NCBI GenBank assembly: GCA_947168485.1
Contig: CAMVLZ010000004.1
Location: 3,732-67,731 of the forward strand
Reading direction: 5' to 3'
Source of the DNA: an uncultured Bacillota bacterium
GTDB lineage: Bacteria > Bacillota_I > Bacilli_A > RF39 > UBA660
DNA: 64,000 bases
Below, piece by piece: positions 1 to 8,862 of the stretch. Within the stretch, counting starts at the first letter, position 1. The number at the start of each line of letters is the position of its first letter. The position numbers were made by a program, and so were the translations under genes. The notes under the pieces were generated by a model. The model saw only the letters and a list, made by a program, of their open reading frames with translations. It searched no databases and was not told where the DNA came from.

Positions 1-832
1 AACAATATTTAGAAATTTCATCTATAAGCATTTCTATACTATTACCAAAATATGCTCTTTCAAAAGCCTCAGGACCTATTATTTCACAAATAGCACCTAC
101 ATAAGCAGCCTCTTTATGATATGTGAATAATTCATCATCATTAAATTCAGAATTTAACATTTCAGTAAAACCTTCATTTAAAGCATAACCTATGTATCCA
201 GAACCATAAGTATTATAATCATATAAACCAGATTGAGAATAATAATGTAAAAATTCATGATATAAACAAGTTCTTTTAATACTATCAACAGTTAATTGAT
301 CATCAATATATATTCTATTCTCATCACCAGTATAAAAAGCTAAAGCCTCCCCAGAAGCAATTTCTTCTCTATTAGATGTCTCAACAACTTCAAATGACTT
401 AATACTATCAAGTAACTCATCCTGATTCATATATTGACCATATTCTAATAAAACATCTTTAGTCATTTCAATATATTCTTTAACATCAGGATTAGCCTCA
501 AGTAAAGCATTATATAACTCTTCACCAGTTAATTCATGAGAATGTTCTACATCTACTTGTTGTTCAATAACTATAGGTTGTTCCCCATGAAAATCATAGC
601 CCCTATCTAAAGCAGTAACTCCAATAGAAGCAGTAATAATACTTAATGAAATAATTAATGTAGTTAATCTTCCATATCCACTTAAAGAATGCTTACTCTT
701 ATTATACGTATTAGATAGATGATCATCCTCTACTTCTTTTCCATTAGAGAAAAATCTCAATAATTTAGTATCTTTATCATAAAAAGTATGATATAAAACA
801 CCATTTCTTCGTAACTCACCTACATAAAACAT
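1..832 (-). CDS. membrane-anchored HExxH (putative Zn-metallopeptidase-like) protein, C-terminus runs off the window
   Basis: Absent from the ORF track because there is no stop codon inside the window. Hand translation of the reverse strand from ATG 830-832 (SD AGGTGA 4 nt upstream) reads MFYVGELRRNG..., then a TM segment LTTLIISLSIITASIGVTAL, then LYHEFLHYY (HExxH) and NEGFTE. The frame stays open to position 1. Confidence 0.6.
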   Translation of the reverse strand, partial: MFYVGELRRNGVLYHTFYDKDTKLLRFFSNGKEVEDDHLSNTYNKSKHSLSGYGRLTTLIISLSIITASIGVTALDRGYDFHGEQPIVIEQQVDVEHSHELTGEELYNALLEANPDVKEYIEMTKDVLLEYGQYMNQDELLDSIKSFEVVETSNREEIASGEALAFYTGDENRIYIDDQLTVDSIKRTCLYHEFLHYYSQSGLYDYNTYGSGYIGYALNEGFTEMLNSEFNDDELFTYHKEAAYVGAICEIIGPEAFERAYFGNSIEMLIDEISKYC

Positions 833-845
833 TTAATCACCTACT

Positions 846-2420
846 CTAACTTAATCCTATAATATTTCCATCAATAATGTCAATATGTTCATAATTAGGA
901 ACCTTAGGTAATCCAGGCATAGTCATAATATTACCAAGTAAAACAGTAATAAAACCAGCTCCATTATATAACCTAATATCTTTAACAGTAACATCAAAAC
1001 CACCAATAACATCAACCTCTTTTTGATTATCACTAAAAGAATATTGAGTCTTAGCTATACATATAGGATAATTACTCTTATCATTTAATTTACTAATCTT
1101 ATCAATAGCAATATCACTATAATTAACATTATCAGCATGATATATTTTCTTACATATAATTTCTATCTTATCTTTAATACTAATATTATCATCATATAAC
1201 AATTTAAAATCATTTTTATTATTACATATATCTATAACCTTATTAGCAAGTTCTATTCCACCTTTAGACCCATCTTTATAAGCACTACTAGTAACAAAAG
1301 AAATGTTTTTATCAGAACAAAACTCTTTAATAATATTAATTTCTTCTTCAGTATCAGTATCAAATAAATTTAAATCAACAACTAAATTAGAACTATATTG
1401 AAGAATATTATTAATATGAGTATCTAAATTAGATAAACCATCTACTAAATTATCTTTACCATGATATTTTAAACCTCTAATAGTAGTAACTAAAACAATA
1501 CAATCAGGTTTTAAATCATTTAATCGACATTTAATATCAAAGAACTTTTCTGCTCCTAAATCAGCACCAAAACCAGCTTCAGTAACAACATAATCTGCTA
1601 AAGACAAACCTGTCTTAGTCGCAATAACACTATTACAACCATGCGCAATATTCGCAAAAGGACCACCATGTATAATAACAGGATTATTCTCTAATGTTTG
1701 AACTAAATTAGGTTTAATCGCATCTTTTAATAATACAGCCATAGATCCAACAATATTTAATTCCTTCGCATAAACAAATTCACCTTTACTATTAGTACCA
1801 ATAACTATATTACCTAACTTTTCTTTTAAATCATCCATATCTTTAGCCAAACAAAATAATGCCATAATTTCACTAGCCGCAGTAATATTAAATGTTTCAA
1901 ATCTCTCTCCATTTATTCTTCTTAAGAATCTATCATTAACATCCAAACATCTATGAAAAGAAACCTCTTGTATATCCAATTCATTACCAAAATATATATG
2001 ACTATCAATAGCTGCACAAAGTAGATTATTACAAGCCTCAATAGCCGCAAAATCACCAGTAAAATGTAAATTAATATCCTCCATAGGTACTACTTGAGAA
2101 TATCCCCCTCCCGCAGCTCCACCTTTCATACCAAATACAGGTCCCATAGAAGGTTCTCTTAAAACAGCTAAACTACTCTTACCAAGTCTACATAAAGCAT
2201 CATGTAATCCTATTGAAACAGTAGTTTTACCCTCACCCTGAGGACAAGGAGAAGTAGCTGTAACTAATATTAACTTCCCAGATTTATTAGAATCAAAAGA
2301 TTTAATCTTAGCTTTATCATCACCATATAATATTAAATTATCTTTATCTAAACCAATCTGTTTACCTATTTTTAATATATCTTTTTTCTTACAATTTCTA
2401 GCTATATCAATATCTGTCAT
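846..2420 (-). CDS. fhs: formate--tetrahydrofolate ligase
   Basis: ORF 846..2435, full-length FTHFS-like protein with TSPCPQGEGKTT nucleotide loop. Start moved to ATG 2420 (MTDIDIA...) preceded by GAGGTGA. Confidence 0.9.
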   Translation of the reverse strand: MTDIDIARNCKKKDILKIGKQIGLDKDNLILYGDDKAKIKSFDSNKSGKLILVTATSPCPQGEGKTTVSIGLHDALCRLGKSSLAVLREPSMGPVFGMKGGAAGGGYSQVVPMEDINLHFTGDFAAIEACNNLLCAAIDSHIYFGNELDIQEVSFHRCLDVNDRFLRRINGERFETFNITAASEIMALFCLAKDMDDLKEKLGNIVIGTNSKGEFVYAKELNIVGSMAVLLKDAIKPNLVQTLENNPVIIHGGPFANIAHGCNSVIATKTGLSLADYVVTEAGFGADLGAEKFFDIKCRLNDLKPDCIVLVTTIRGLKYHGKDNLVDGLSNLDTHINNILQYSSNLVVDLNLFDTDTEEEINIIKEFCSDKNISFVTSSAYKDGSKGGIELANKVIDICNNKNDFKLLYDDNISIKDKIEIICKKIYHADNVNYSDIAIDKISKLNDKSNYPICIAKTQYSFSDNQKEVDVIGGFDVTVKDIRLYNGAGFITVLLGNIMTMPGLPKVPNYEHIDIIDGNIIGLS

Positions 2421-2440
2421 ACCATCACCTCGCAAGTAAA

Positions 2441-2469
2441 ATTATACAATATATAACAATATTTGTAAA
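2441..2469 (-). promoter_or_regulatory. sigma-A-type promoter for fhs
   Basis: Reverse strand reads TTTACA, 17 nt spacer, TATAAT, located about 20 nt upstream of the fhs RBS. Confidence 0.5.
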
Positions 2470-2647
2470 ATTACTAATACATACAAATTAATTATTTCAA
2501 AACAAATAATTAATCAAAATAATAATTTAAATACTTAAATTATTTAATCCACAAGAAATACCTAATCAAAACACAAATTCCTCAGTTTGCGATTAATAAT
2601 CCCAAGTGTTATTATCACAGTCAATTAAGAAAAAAAGGAGGAATTAG

Positions 2648-4051
2648 ATGAAAAAGTTAAAGTTTTTCTTAATTATTATTTTATTTCTGTTTATAGGAAT
2701 AAATGTAAGTGCTAAAACATATTCTTTTTATGAAGCAGAAATGATTGATGATGTTTATATAAATAGATATGAATCTTCTACCAAAACTCTCTATTATCAA
2801 AAAGCAAGATTTTTTAGAGAAACAGGTACAAAAGACTTTGCTTATTGTATTGAACCACAAATTAAATTTAAAGAGGATAGTAAATATACCTCTTCTGAAT
2901 TAAACTTATCTGGTGAAAAAGTAAAAAGATTAAAAGAAATAGCTCACTTTGGTTATGGATATAAAAATCATACAGATAAAATATGGTATGCTGTTACTCA
3001 AGTTATGTTATGGAAAGAAACAGAAGGAGATAGTAATGTTTATTTTACTGATTCTCTTAATGGTAATAAGATAAACAAGTATGACAATATGATGAATGAA
3101 ATTAATAAACTAATTAAAGAAAGTCATACTCTTCCTAGATTTAGTTCTAATGAAATATATATGCTAGAGGGAGAAGAAAGATACTTAAAAGATTATAACA
3201 ATGTTTTAAATAACTATAATAATAACTATAAATTAAAAATTGAGAATAATGCTATTACATTAAAGGATTTATCTGTAGGTAACCATACTATAAAATTAAC
3301 AAGAAAAGATAATAATCATAATGATCCTGTATTATTTTATATTAATGATGGAAGTCAAAACCTTCTAAAAACAGGTAACCTTAACTATTTAAACACTTCT
3401 CTAAAAGTTCATGTAGTTAATACAAATATAAAGATTACTAAAATAGATAAAGATACTCAAAGTAAAGAAAATAGTGGAAAAGCTTCTTTTAAAAATACTA
3501 AGTTTAAATTAACAAATAAAGATACTAATTTAACACAGGAATTAGTTTTAACAGATGATAATATCATCACATTAGAAAATCCTATGTTTGGGAATTATGA
3601 AATAGAAGAAATACAAGCAGGTACAGGATATCAAATTAATAATAATAAATTTGAATTTAAAATAGATGAAAATAATCTTAATCAAGACTTAACTATAGAA
3701 AATGAAGTAATAAAGAAAAAAATAACTATATATAAAACATATGGTACTAAAGAAAAACAAATAAAAGAAGCAAACATAGAATTTAATATCTTTGATGAAG
3801 ATAATAAACTAGTAAAAACAATAAAAACAAACAACAATGGTATTGCTGAAATTATTCTACCTTATGGAAAATATACTATAAAACAATTAACCACAACAGA
3901 AGGATATGATTTTGTAGAACCTATAACTATAGAAGTTAAAGATACAAAAGATCAAACTATTTCATTAAAAGACTATAAGATAGAAGTACCTAACACTAAA
4001 GCATATAAAAGCAATTTATTAATACTAATATTATCTTTACTATTCATATGA
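2648..4051 (+). CDS. secreted surface adhesin with N-terminal thioester-type domain and SpaA/Cna-B-like repeats
   Basis: AGGAGG RBS and signal peptide MKKLKFFLIIILFLFIGINVSA. Thioester-domain pair FAYCIEP (Cys) and AVTQVMLW (Gln-x3-W). Two prealbumin-like repeat signatures (ITKIDKDT...FKLTNKD; NNGIAEIILPYGKYTIKQLTTTEGY). C-terminal VPNTK plus hydrophobic tail. Confidence 0.75.
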   Translation: MKKLKFFLIIILFLFIGINVSAKTYSFYEAEMIDDVYINRYESSTKTLYYQKARFFRETGTKDFAYCIEPQIKFKEDSKYTSSELNLSGEKVKRLKEIAHFGYGYKNHTDKIWYAVTQVMLWKETEGDSNVYFTDSLNGNKINKYDNMMNEINKLIKESHTLPRFSSNEIYMLEGEERYLKDYNNVLNNYNNNYKLKIENNAITLKDLSVGNHTIKLTRKDNNHNDPVLFYINDGSQNLLKTGNLNYLNTSLKVHVVNTNIKITKIDKDTQSKENSGKASFKNTKFKLTNKDTNLTQELVLTDDNIITLENPMFGNYEIEEIQAGTGYQINNNKFEFKIDENNLNQDLTIENEVIKKKITIYKTYGTKEKQIKEANIEFNIFDEDNKLVKTIKTNNNGIAEIILPYGKYTIKQLTTTEGYDFVEPITIEVKDTKDQTISLKDYKIEVPNTKAYKSNLLILILSLLFI

Positions 4052-4584
4052 AAAAATTAAATATAATTATATTATTAATAATACTAATATTAATACCTAT
4101 ATCACCACATATTAATAATAATTCTATAAAAACAAAAACCTCTTTAGTAACAAAAATTGGTATAAGTAACCATTTAAAGTTATTTAAAGATGATAATATA
4201 GGTTATATTAATATAGATAAAATTAATTTAAAAGAAAAACTATACTCTATAGGCAACAAGAAAAATAATGTGGAAGAAAATGTTACAATACTAAGAGATT
4301 CAACCTTTCCTAATAATATTAATTCTACAATGATTATAGCTGCCCATTCAGGTACAGGTAAAATAGCTTATTTTAAAAACTTAGATAAATTAAATATTGG
4401 TGATGAAGTAAATTTAATAATTAAAGATAAAAAATATAATTATATAATTAAAAATAAATGGGAAGAAAAGAAAACTGGATCTATAAGATTTCCTATGATA
4501 AAACAAAAACAATTGATCTTAACAACTTGTAGTCCAAACAAAGATAATTATCAATTAATAATAAATTGCACAATAAAAGAGTAG
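4048..4584 (+). CDS. sortase-family transpeptidase-like protein (Arg position is Gln)
   Basis: ATGA overlap with the adhesin stop. N-terminal TM, His motif IIAAHSGTG, Cys motif LILTTCSP. The residue where sortases carry the conserved Arg reads YQLIIN. Confidence 0.7.
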   Translation: MKKLNIIILLIILILIPISPHINNNSIKTKTSLVTKIGISNHLKLFKDDNIGYINIDKINLKEKLYSIGNKKNNVEENVTILRDSTFPNNINSTMIIAAHSGTGKIAYFKNLDKLNIGDEVNLIIKDKKYNYIIKNKWEEKKTGSIRFPMIKQKQLILTTCSPNKDNYQLIINCTIKE

Positions 4585-4600
4585 ATTAACTACTCTTTTT
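4575..4600. terminator. bidirectional intrinsic terminator between sortase and S41 protease
   Basis: AAAAGAGTAG-ATTAA-CTACTCTTTT hairpin with A/T runs on both sides. It overlaps the stop codons of both convergent genes. Confidence 0.6.
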
Positions 4601-5866
4601 TAATATCTCTTTAGCTTTTTCAAGTTGCATATCTTCTACACATTTTTCATCTTTACAATAATCTACTTCAACATCTGGTTTTAATGTTTTATTACTATCA
4701 TGATCAAACCATTCTCCTTTAGGAGTTAACCATTTTTGAGTAGTATATTTAATACTAGAACCACTAGATAATTTAACTTCTTTTTGAATAGTTCCTTTAC
4801 CATAAGTATACTTTCCAACTAAAGTTACATTTTTATAATTATCTTTGAATGCTGCTGCTAAAATTTCTGAAGCAGATGCAGAATTCTCATTTATTAAAAC
4901 AACTACAGGAATATTCATTTTATCATTCTTTGAAGTTTTAACATTCTGAATATTAGTACCTGTATCTATTTTATATAATACAGTATTTCTCTTAAAGAAA
5001 GGTTCAGCTATAGTTTGAACTTGTCCTAGATGACCACCAGGATTATTTCTAACATCAATTATTAAAGACTTAATATTATCTTTCTTTAACTTGTTTAATT
5101 TCTTATTAAATTGTTTACCAGTATTTAAAGCAAAATTATTTATATTAATATAACCAATAGCATCATAAGTAGTAGATTCAACAGAAACCATTTCAATCTT
5201 ATCTCTTTTTAATTTAAATGTTAATTCTTTATTATTTCTATTTACTTTAATAGTAATAGTTTTATCTTTACATTTAGAAATATAATTAGCTAAATCAGTA
5301 GCATTACCTGCTGTAGCAATCTTATTATCTATAGATACTAAGATATCATCTTTTAATATACCAGCTCTCTCAGCAGGAGATTTATCTAATACAGCAATTA
5401 TTTTTACCTGTTTTGTTTTTTCATCTTGCATTATAGTAATACCAATACCTTCATAATAACCACTTAAACTATCATTAAATGATTTAGTTTCTTTCTTATC
5501 TAAGAAATTACTATATGGATCATCTAAAGAATTAACCATTCCAGAAATAGCCGCATCAGCTAACTCATCTTTATCAACTTTACTAACAGAATTCTTAACA
5601 ATACTATTATAAGTAGATATTATTTCTCTTAATTTAGTATCACTATTATCTAAATAATTAACTCTGCAATAACAAAAAGTAACTCCTAATAAAATACCTA
5701 ATAAAGTAAACATTCCACATAAAAAGAATGTTTCATTTGAAGAATATTTTTCTTTAGTTTTCTTCTTATTTTTACTATTAGTAGTTTTAGATACCTTTTT
5801 ACTTTTATCCTCTTTAACTACTTTAGTACTTTTTTTATTTTTAACTTCTTTATCAGTTTTCTTCAT
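4586..5866 (-). CDS. carboxy-terminal processing (S41) peptidase with PDZ domain, membrane anchored
   Basis: ORF 4586..5875. Motifs GIGITIM (PDZ), DVRNNPGGHLGQ, NENSASASEILAAAFKD. Start set to ATG 5866 (MKKTDK) behind AGGTGA. Confidence 0.85.
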   Translation of the reverse strand: MKKTDKEVKNKKSTKVVKEDKSKKVSKTTNSKNKKKTKEKYSSNETFFLCGMFTLLGILLGVTFCYCRVNYLDNSDTKLREIISTYNSIVKNSVSKVDKDELADAAISGMVNSLDDPYSNFLDKKETKSFNDSLSGYYEGIGITIMQDEKTKQVKIIAVLDKSPAERAGILKDDILVSIDNKIATAGNATDLANYISKCKDKTITIKVNRNNKELTFKLKRDKIEMVSVESTTYDAIGYININNFALNTGKQFNKKLNKLKKDNIKSLIIDVRNNPGGHLGQVQTIAEPFFKRNTVLYKIDTGTNIQNVKTSKNDKMNIPVVVLINENSASASEILAAAFKDNYKNVTLVGKYTYGKGTIQKEVKLSSGSSIKYTTQKWLTPKGEWFDHDSNKTLKPDVEVDYCKDEKCVEDMQLEKAKEILKKSS

Positions 5867-5900
5867 CTTAATCACCTATTATTATACTAACATAATTTTA

Positions 5901-5928
5901 CAAAAAGAAAAAGACATCTAAATGTCTT
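5901..5928 (-). terminator. intrinsic terminator after tRNA-Asn
   Basis: Reverse strand AAGACAT-TTAG-ATGTCTT followed by TTTTCTTTTT. Confidence 0.5.
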
Positions 5929-5939
5929 ATTTACATTAA

Positions 5940-6016
5940 TGGCGCCCCAACTAGGACTTGAACCTAGGACCCCTTGATTAACAGTCAAGTGCTCTAACCA
6001 GCTGAGCTATTGAGGC
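5940..6016 (-). tRNA. tRNA-Asn (anticodon GTT), CCA encoded
   Basis: Reverse complement GCCTCAATAGCTCAGCTGGTTAGAGCACTTGACTGTTAATCAAGGGGTCCTAGGTTCAAGTCCTAGTTGGGGCGCCA folds as a cloverleaf: 7-bp acceptor stem, anticodon stem CTTGA/TCAAG, loop CTGTTAA, T-loop GGTTCAAGTCC. Confidence 0.93.
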
Positions 6017-6026
6017 AAAACTAAGA

Positions 6027-6530
6027 CTATTTTAAATAGTCTAGTATTTTATTTTTACCAACTCTAGAGTCAACTATCTTTCCTTTTTTAACTTTAATAA
6101 CTGTAGGATTTTTAACTCTTAAATCAGAAGCAGATTTAACATTAACATTAGTTGTATCAGCAATAACATATTTATTTAAACCTTCTTTTAAATTAACATA
6201 ATAAACAGTATTATCTTTAGCACTTCTATATTCAGTCATAGCTTCATATAATTCATCATCTTCTTCAGAATTAAAGAATAATACATAATATTCATCTTCA
6301 CTTTGACTTAAAGAAGTACCAGCTAATATTTTTTCATAACTAATACTTGCTTCAGCAGCTTCAGGTCTTTTTTCTCCCTTATTAGTAACTAATATAGTTA
6401 AACCATAAATTGCTGCGAAAGCTAAAACTACTCCAATAATAGTTCCAATAATTTTAAATATTGATACACCCTCATCTACATGAGAATCTAAATCATAATA
6501 TTTTTTACTTTTTTTCTTCTTTTGTGCCAT
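6027..6530 (-). CDS. hypothetical N-terminally membrane-anchored protein
   Basis: ORF with Lys-rich N-terminus and one TM (IIGTIIGVVLAFAAIYGLTILV). No recognisable catalytic motif. Confidence 0.6.
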   Translation of the reverse strand: MAQKKKKSKKYYDLDSHVDEGVSIFKIIGTIIGVVLAFAAIYGLTILVTNKGEKRPEAAEASISYEKILAGTSLSQSEDEYYVLFFNSEEDDELYEAMTEYRSAKDNTVYYVNLKEGLNKYVIADTTNVNVKSASDLRVKNPTVIKVKKGKIVDSRVGKNKILDYLK

Positions 6531-6594
6531 CTAAACCACCCATCTAAATTATAGCACAATTATAAATAATATCAAAGAAAAATAGTCATTAAGA

Positions 6595-7953
6595 CTATTT
6601 TTCAGTAACAAGAACAGTTATCGTTTTATTAGTTCTAACTGTATAGTTCAATGTAACATCATCTCCAGTAACTTGTACCTTCAATTTATTATTACCAGGA
6701 GTAACATTTGATAAATCTACAAATGCTTTAATATTATCAGCTTTAACATTCTTTAAAGCACTCGCACTACCAGTAACTTTAACATCTACAACACTATCAT
6801 CAGCAGATAATGCACTAACAGAATATTTATCATCTAAGTTTTCAGTAACTATTCTAACATTTCTAATTATCTTAGAAGATGATTCAGATAATGTAACTTT
6901 AATTGTCATTTGAGTAGTACTTAATTCAGTAATACCATCAGGTTTTTCAATAGTAACATTATAAGTCTTATCTCTACTTAAACCATCTACATCAATTGGA
7001 ACAGTAATTTGTTCTAACGCTTCTACTGCACTCTCTTTACCATAAACAGTAACTTTAGAAATACTTGTTTCTATATTACTAATAGATTTTCCTAAAGCTA
7101 ATGAACCATTAGGTACAACCTTAATAGGTACTTCTTTACTTGGAGAAGTAACAGTAACTTTACAAGTAATAGTCTTAGGAACAATTTCTACATCCATGAT
7201 CTTACCATTAGCATTATAAGCTACTAAAGGAACATCTTTTAATGTAATTTCTCCTGTACTATTATCAGGTATCTTCTCAGCATCAACTAATGCCTTAACA
7301 GAAGCAACCTTATCTAAACTCTTTTGACTACCCTTAACTATAACTTCACTTCTATCAAGAGTAACTTTATCAATATATAATTTAGAGTTCAAATTATCAC
7401 TATGTAATATATCATATGAAAGTGACTTAGTAGTACTAACTTTCTTATATATAGTAATTGTAACTTCACTAGGATCAAGTTTATAATCTAAACTTTTTAA
7501 TCTTTGTGAATATTTTAATTTAACTTTATGTTGACCAGGTTTATAACCAGTTAAATCAACAGTAACTCCAGTAGATGGAGATTGTTTAGCTAAGAAAATA
7601 TGTCTCTTTTGTCCTAATAAAGTAATATCTACTTTTTCAGGTAATCCATCAACAACATATAATTCTTCATTATATACAGCTGTAACCGGTTGATCATATA
7701 ATACTTCTGCATATTGATCAATCGCAACATCTCCTTCTCTATCTATTATGATAAATGTAGTAAAAGCAAGTACTAATGCCGCTATCAATAAGAATGATTT
7801 ATTACTACTCATCTTATCAAAATATTTACCAAGAGAATCTATTATAGACTGACATTTTATTAATAACTTAGTAAGTGGATTAATAATAATTTTATCGATG
7901 ATTGAACCTATTTTACTAAAAAATCTTACGAATATATTACTTTTCTTCTTCAT
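6595..7953 (-). CDS. cdaR: YbbR-domain protein, CdaA regulator
   Basis: ORF 6595..7986. One TM followed by repeated beta-rich YbbR-like modules, immediately downstream of and overlapping cdaA. Start placed at ATG 7953 (MKKKSNIF) behind GAGGAA. Confidence 0.75.
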   Translation of the reverse strand: MKKKSNIFVRFFSKIGSIIDKIIINPLTKLLIKCQSIIDSLGKYFDKMSSNKSFLLIAALVLAFTTFIIIDREGDVAIDQYAEVLYDQPVTAVYNEELYVVDGLPEKVDITLLGQKRHIFLAKQSPSTGVTVDLTGYKPGQHKVKLKYSQRLKSLDYKLDPSEVTITIYKKVSTTKSLSYDILHSDNLNSKLYIDKVTLDRSEVIVKGSQKSLDKVASVKALVDAEKIPDNSTGEITLKDVPLVAYNANGKIMDVEIVPKTITCKVTVTSPSKEVPIKVVPNGSLALGKSISNIETSISKVTVYGKESAVEALEQITVPIDVDGLSRDKTYNVTIEKPDGITELSTTQMTIKVTLSESSSKIIRNVRIVTENLDDKYSVSALSADDSVVDVKVTGSASALKNVKADNIKAFVDLSNVTPGNNKLKVQVTGDDVTLNYTVRTNKTITVLVTEK

Positions 7954-8755
7954 ATAATACTTCCTCTTCTCCATAATCATATTCATTATTATTTTTAGGT
8001 TTCAATTCATCAATAAGTAACATTCTTAAATCATCTAAACTTAAATCGTATAGCATTTCTCCTTTTAAACAAATACTAATATTACCAGTTTCTTCACTTA
8101 CTACTACATTAATCGCATCAGTTTCTTCACTTAATCCTAAAGCTGCTCTATGTCTAGTACCTAAATTTCTATCTATCTTAGTACTATTACTTGTAGGGAA
8201 AACAGCTCCTGCACATATAATTCTATTTCCTTGAATGATAACTCCACCATCATGTAATGGATTACCCTCATAGAATATCGCAACTAATAAGTCGCTAGAT
8301 AAATCTGCATAAACTTTTTTAGCTTTATCTATATAATTACCTAAACTAACATCTCTTTCTAAAACAATTAAAGCTCCAATCTTTTCTTTAGACATATAAT
8401 CACAAGCACTAACTATTTCATAAACTAATCTTTCTCTTTCATCAACAGTTAATATTTTATGTTTACCTAAGAATTGACTTCTACCTAATTGCTCTAAAAT
8501 ATTTCTAATTTCTGGTTGAAAGATAATAATTAAAGCTAAAGGTCCCCATTCTATAATATATTCTAATAATACTCTAACAGTAACTAAACTTAAAAATCTA
8601 CTAATTACATTCAATATTATTATAAATACAACACCCTTAAATATAAGTGCTAATTTAACATTATTTTTAATATTCTTTAATATATAATAAAATATTGCCC
8701 ATACAATAAAAATATCCAATAAATTTCTAATTATGGACATCACATTAATCGTCAA
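7937..8755 (-). CDS. cdaA: diadenylate cyclase (c-di-AMP synthase), membrane bound
   Basis: Three N-terminal TMs and DAC-domain motifs DGGVIIQGNRIICAGAVFP and LGTRHRAALGLSE. Start uncertain: TTG 8755 lies 8 nt after AAGGAG, while ATG 8740 lacks an SD. Confidence 0.88.
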   Translation of the reverse strand: MTINVMSIIRNLLDIFIVWAIFYYILKNIKNNVKLALIFKGVVFIIILNVISRFLSLVTVRVLLEYIIEWGPLALIIIFQPEIRNILEQLGRSQFLGKHKILTVDERERLVYEIVSACDYMSKEKIGALIVLERDVSLGNYIDKAKKVYADLSSDLLVAIFYEGNPLHDGGVIIQGNRIICAGAVFPTSNSTKIDRNLGTRHRAALGLSEETDAINVVVSEETGNISICLKGEMLYDLSLDDLRMLLIDELKPKNNNEYDYGEEEVLYEEEK

Positions 8756-8826
8756 AATATCATCTCCTTGTACCACCTTTTTATCATTATTATTTTATCA
8801 TTTATAATATAAATTATCAATACACA

Positions 8827-8862
8827 TAAAAAAAAAGAAATAATTTTACATAATTATTTCTT
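8827..8862 (-). terminator. intrinsic terminator after RNase R paralog
   Basis: Reverse strand AGAAATAATT-ATGTAA-AATTATTTCT followed by a T run. It overlaps the stop at 8854. Confidence 0.45.

Noticed and set aside
7937-8776. Absence of glmM after cdaA-cdaR as a sign of an unusual c-di-AMP module.
   Set aside because: glmM may simply be encoded elsewhere. The gene downstream of cdaR here is a small membrane protein followed by tRNA-Asn, and nothing in the sequence itself is aberrant.
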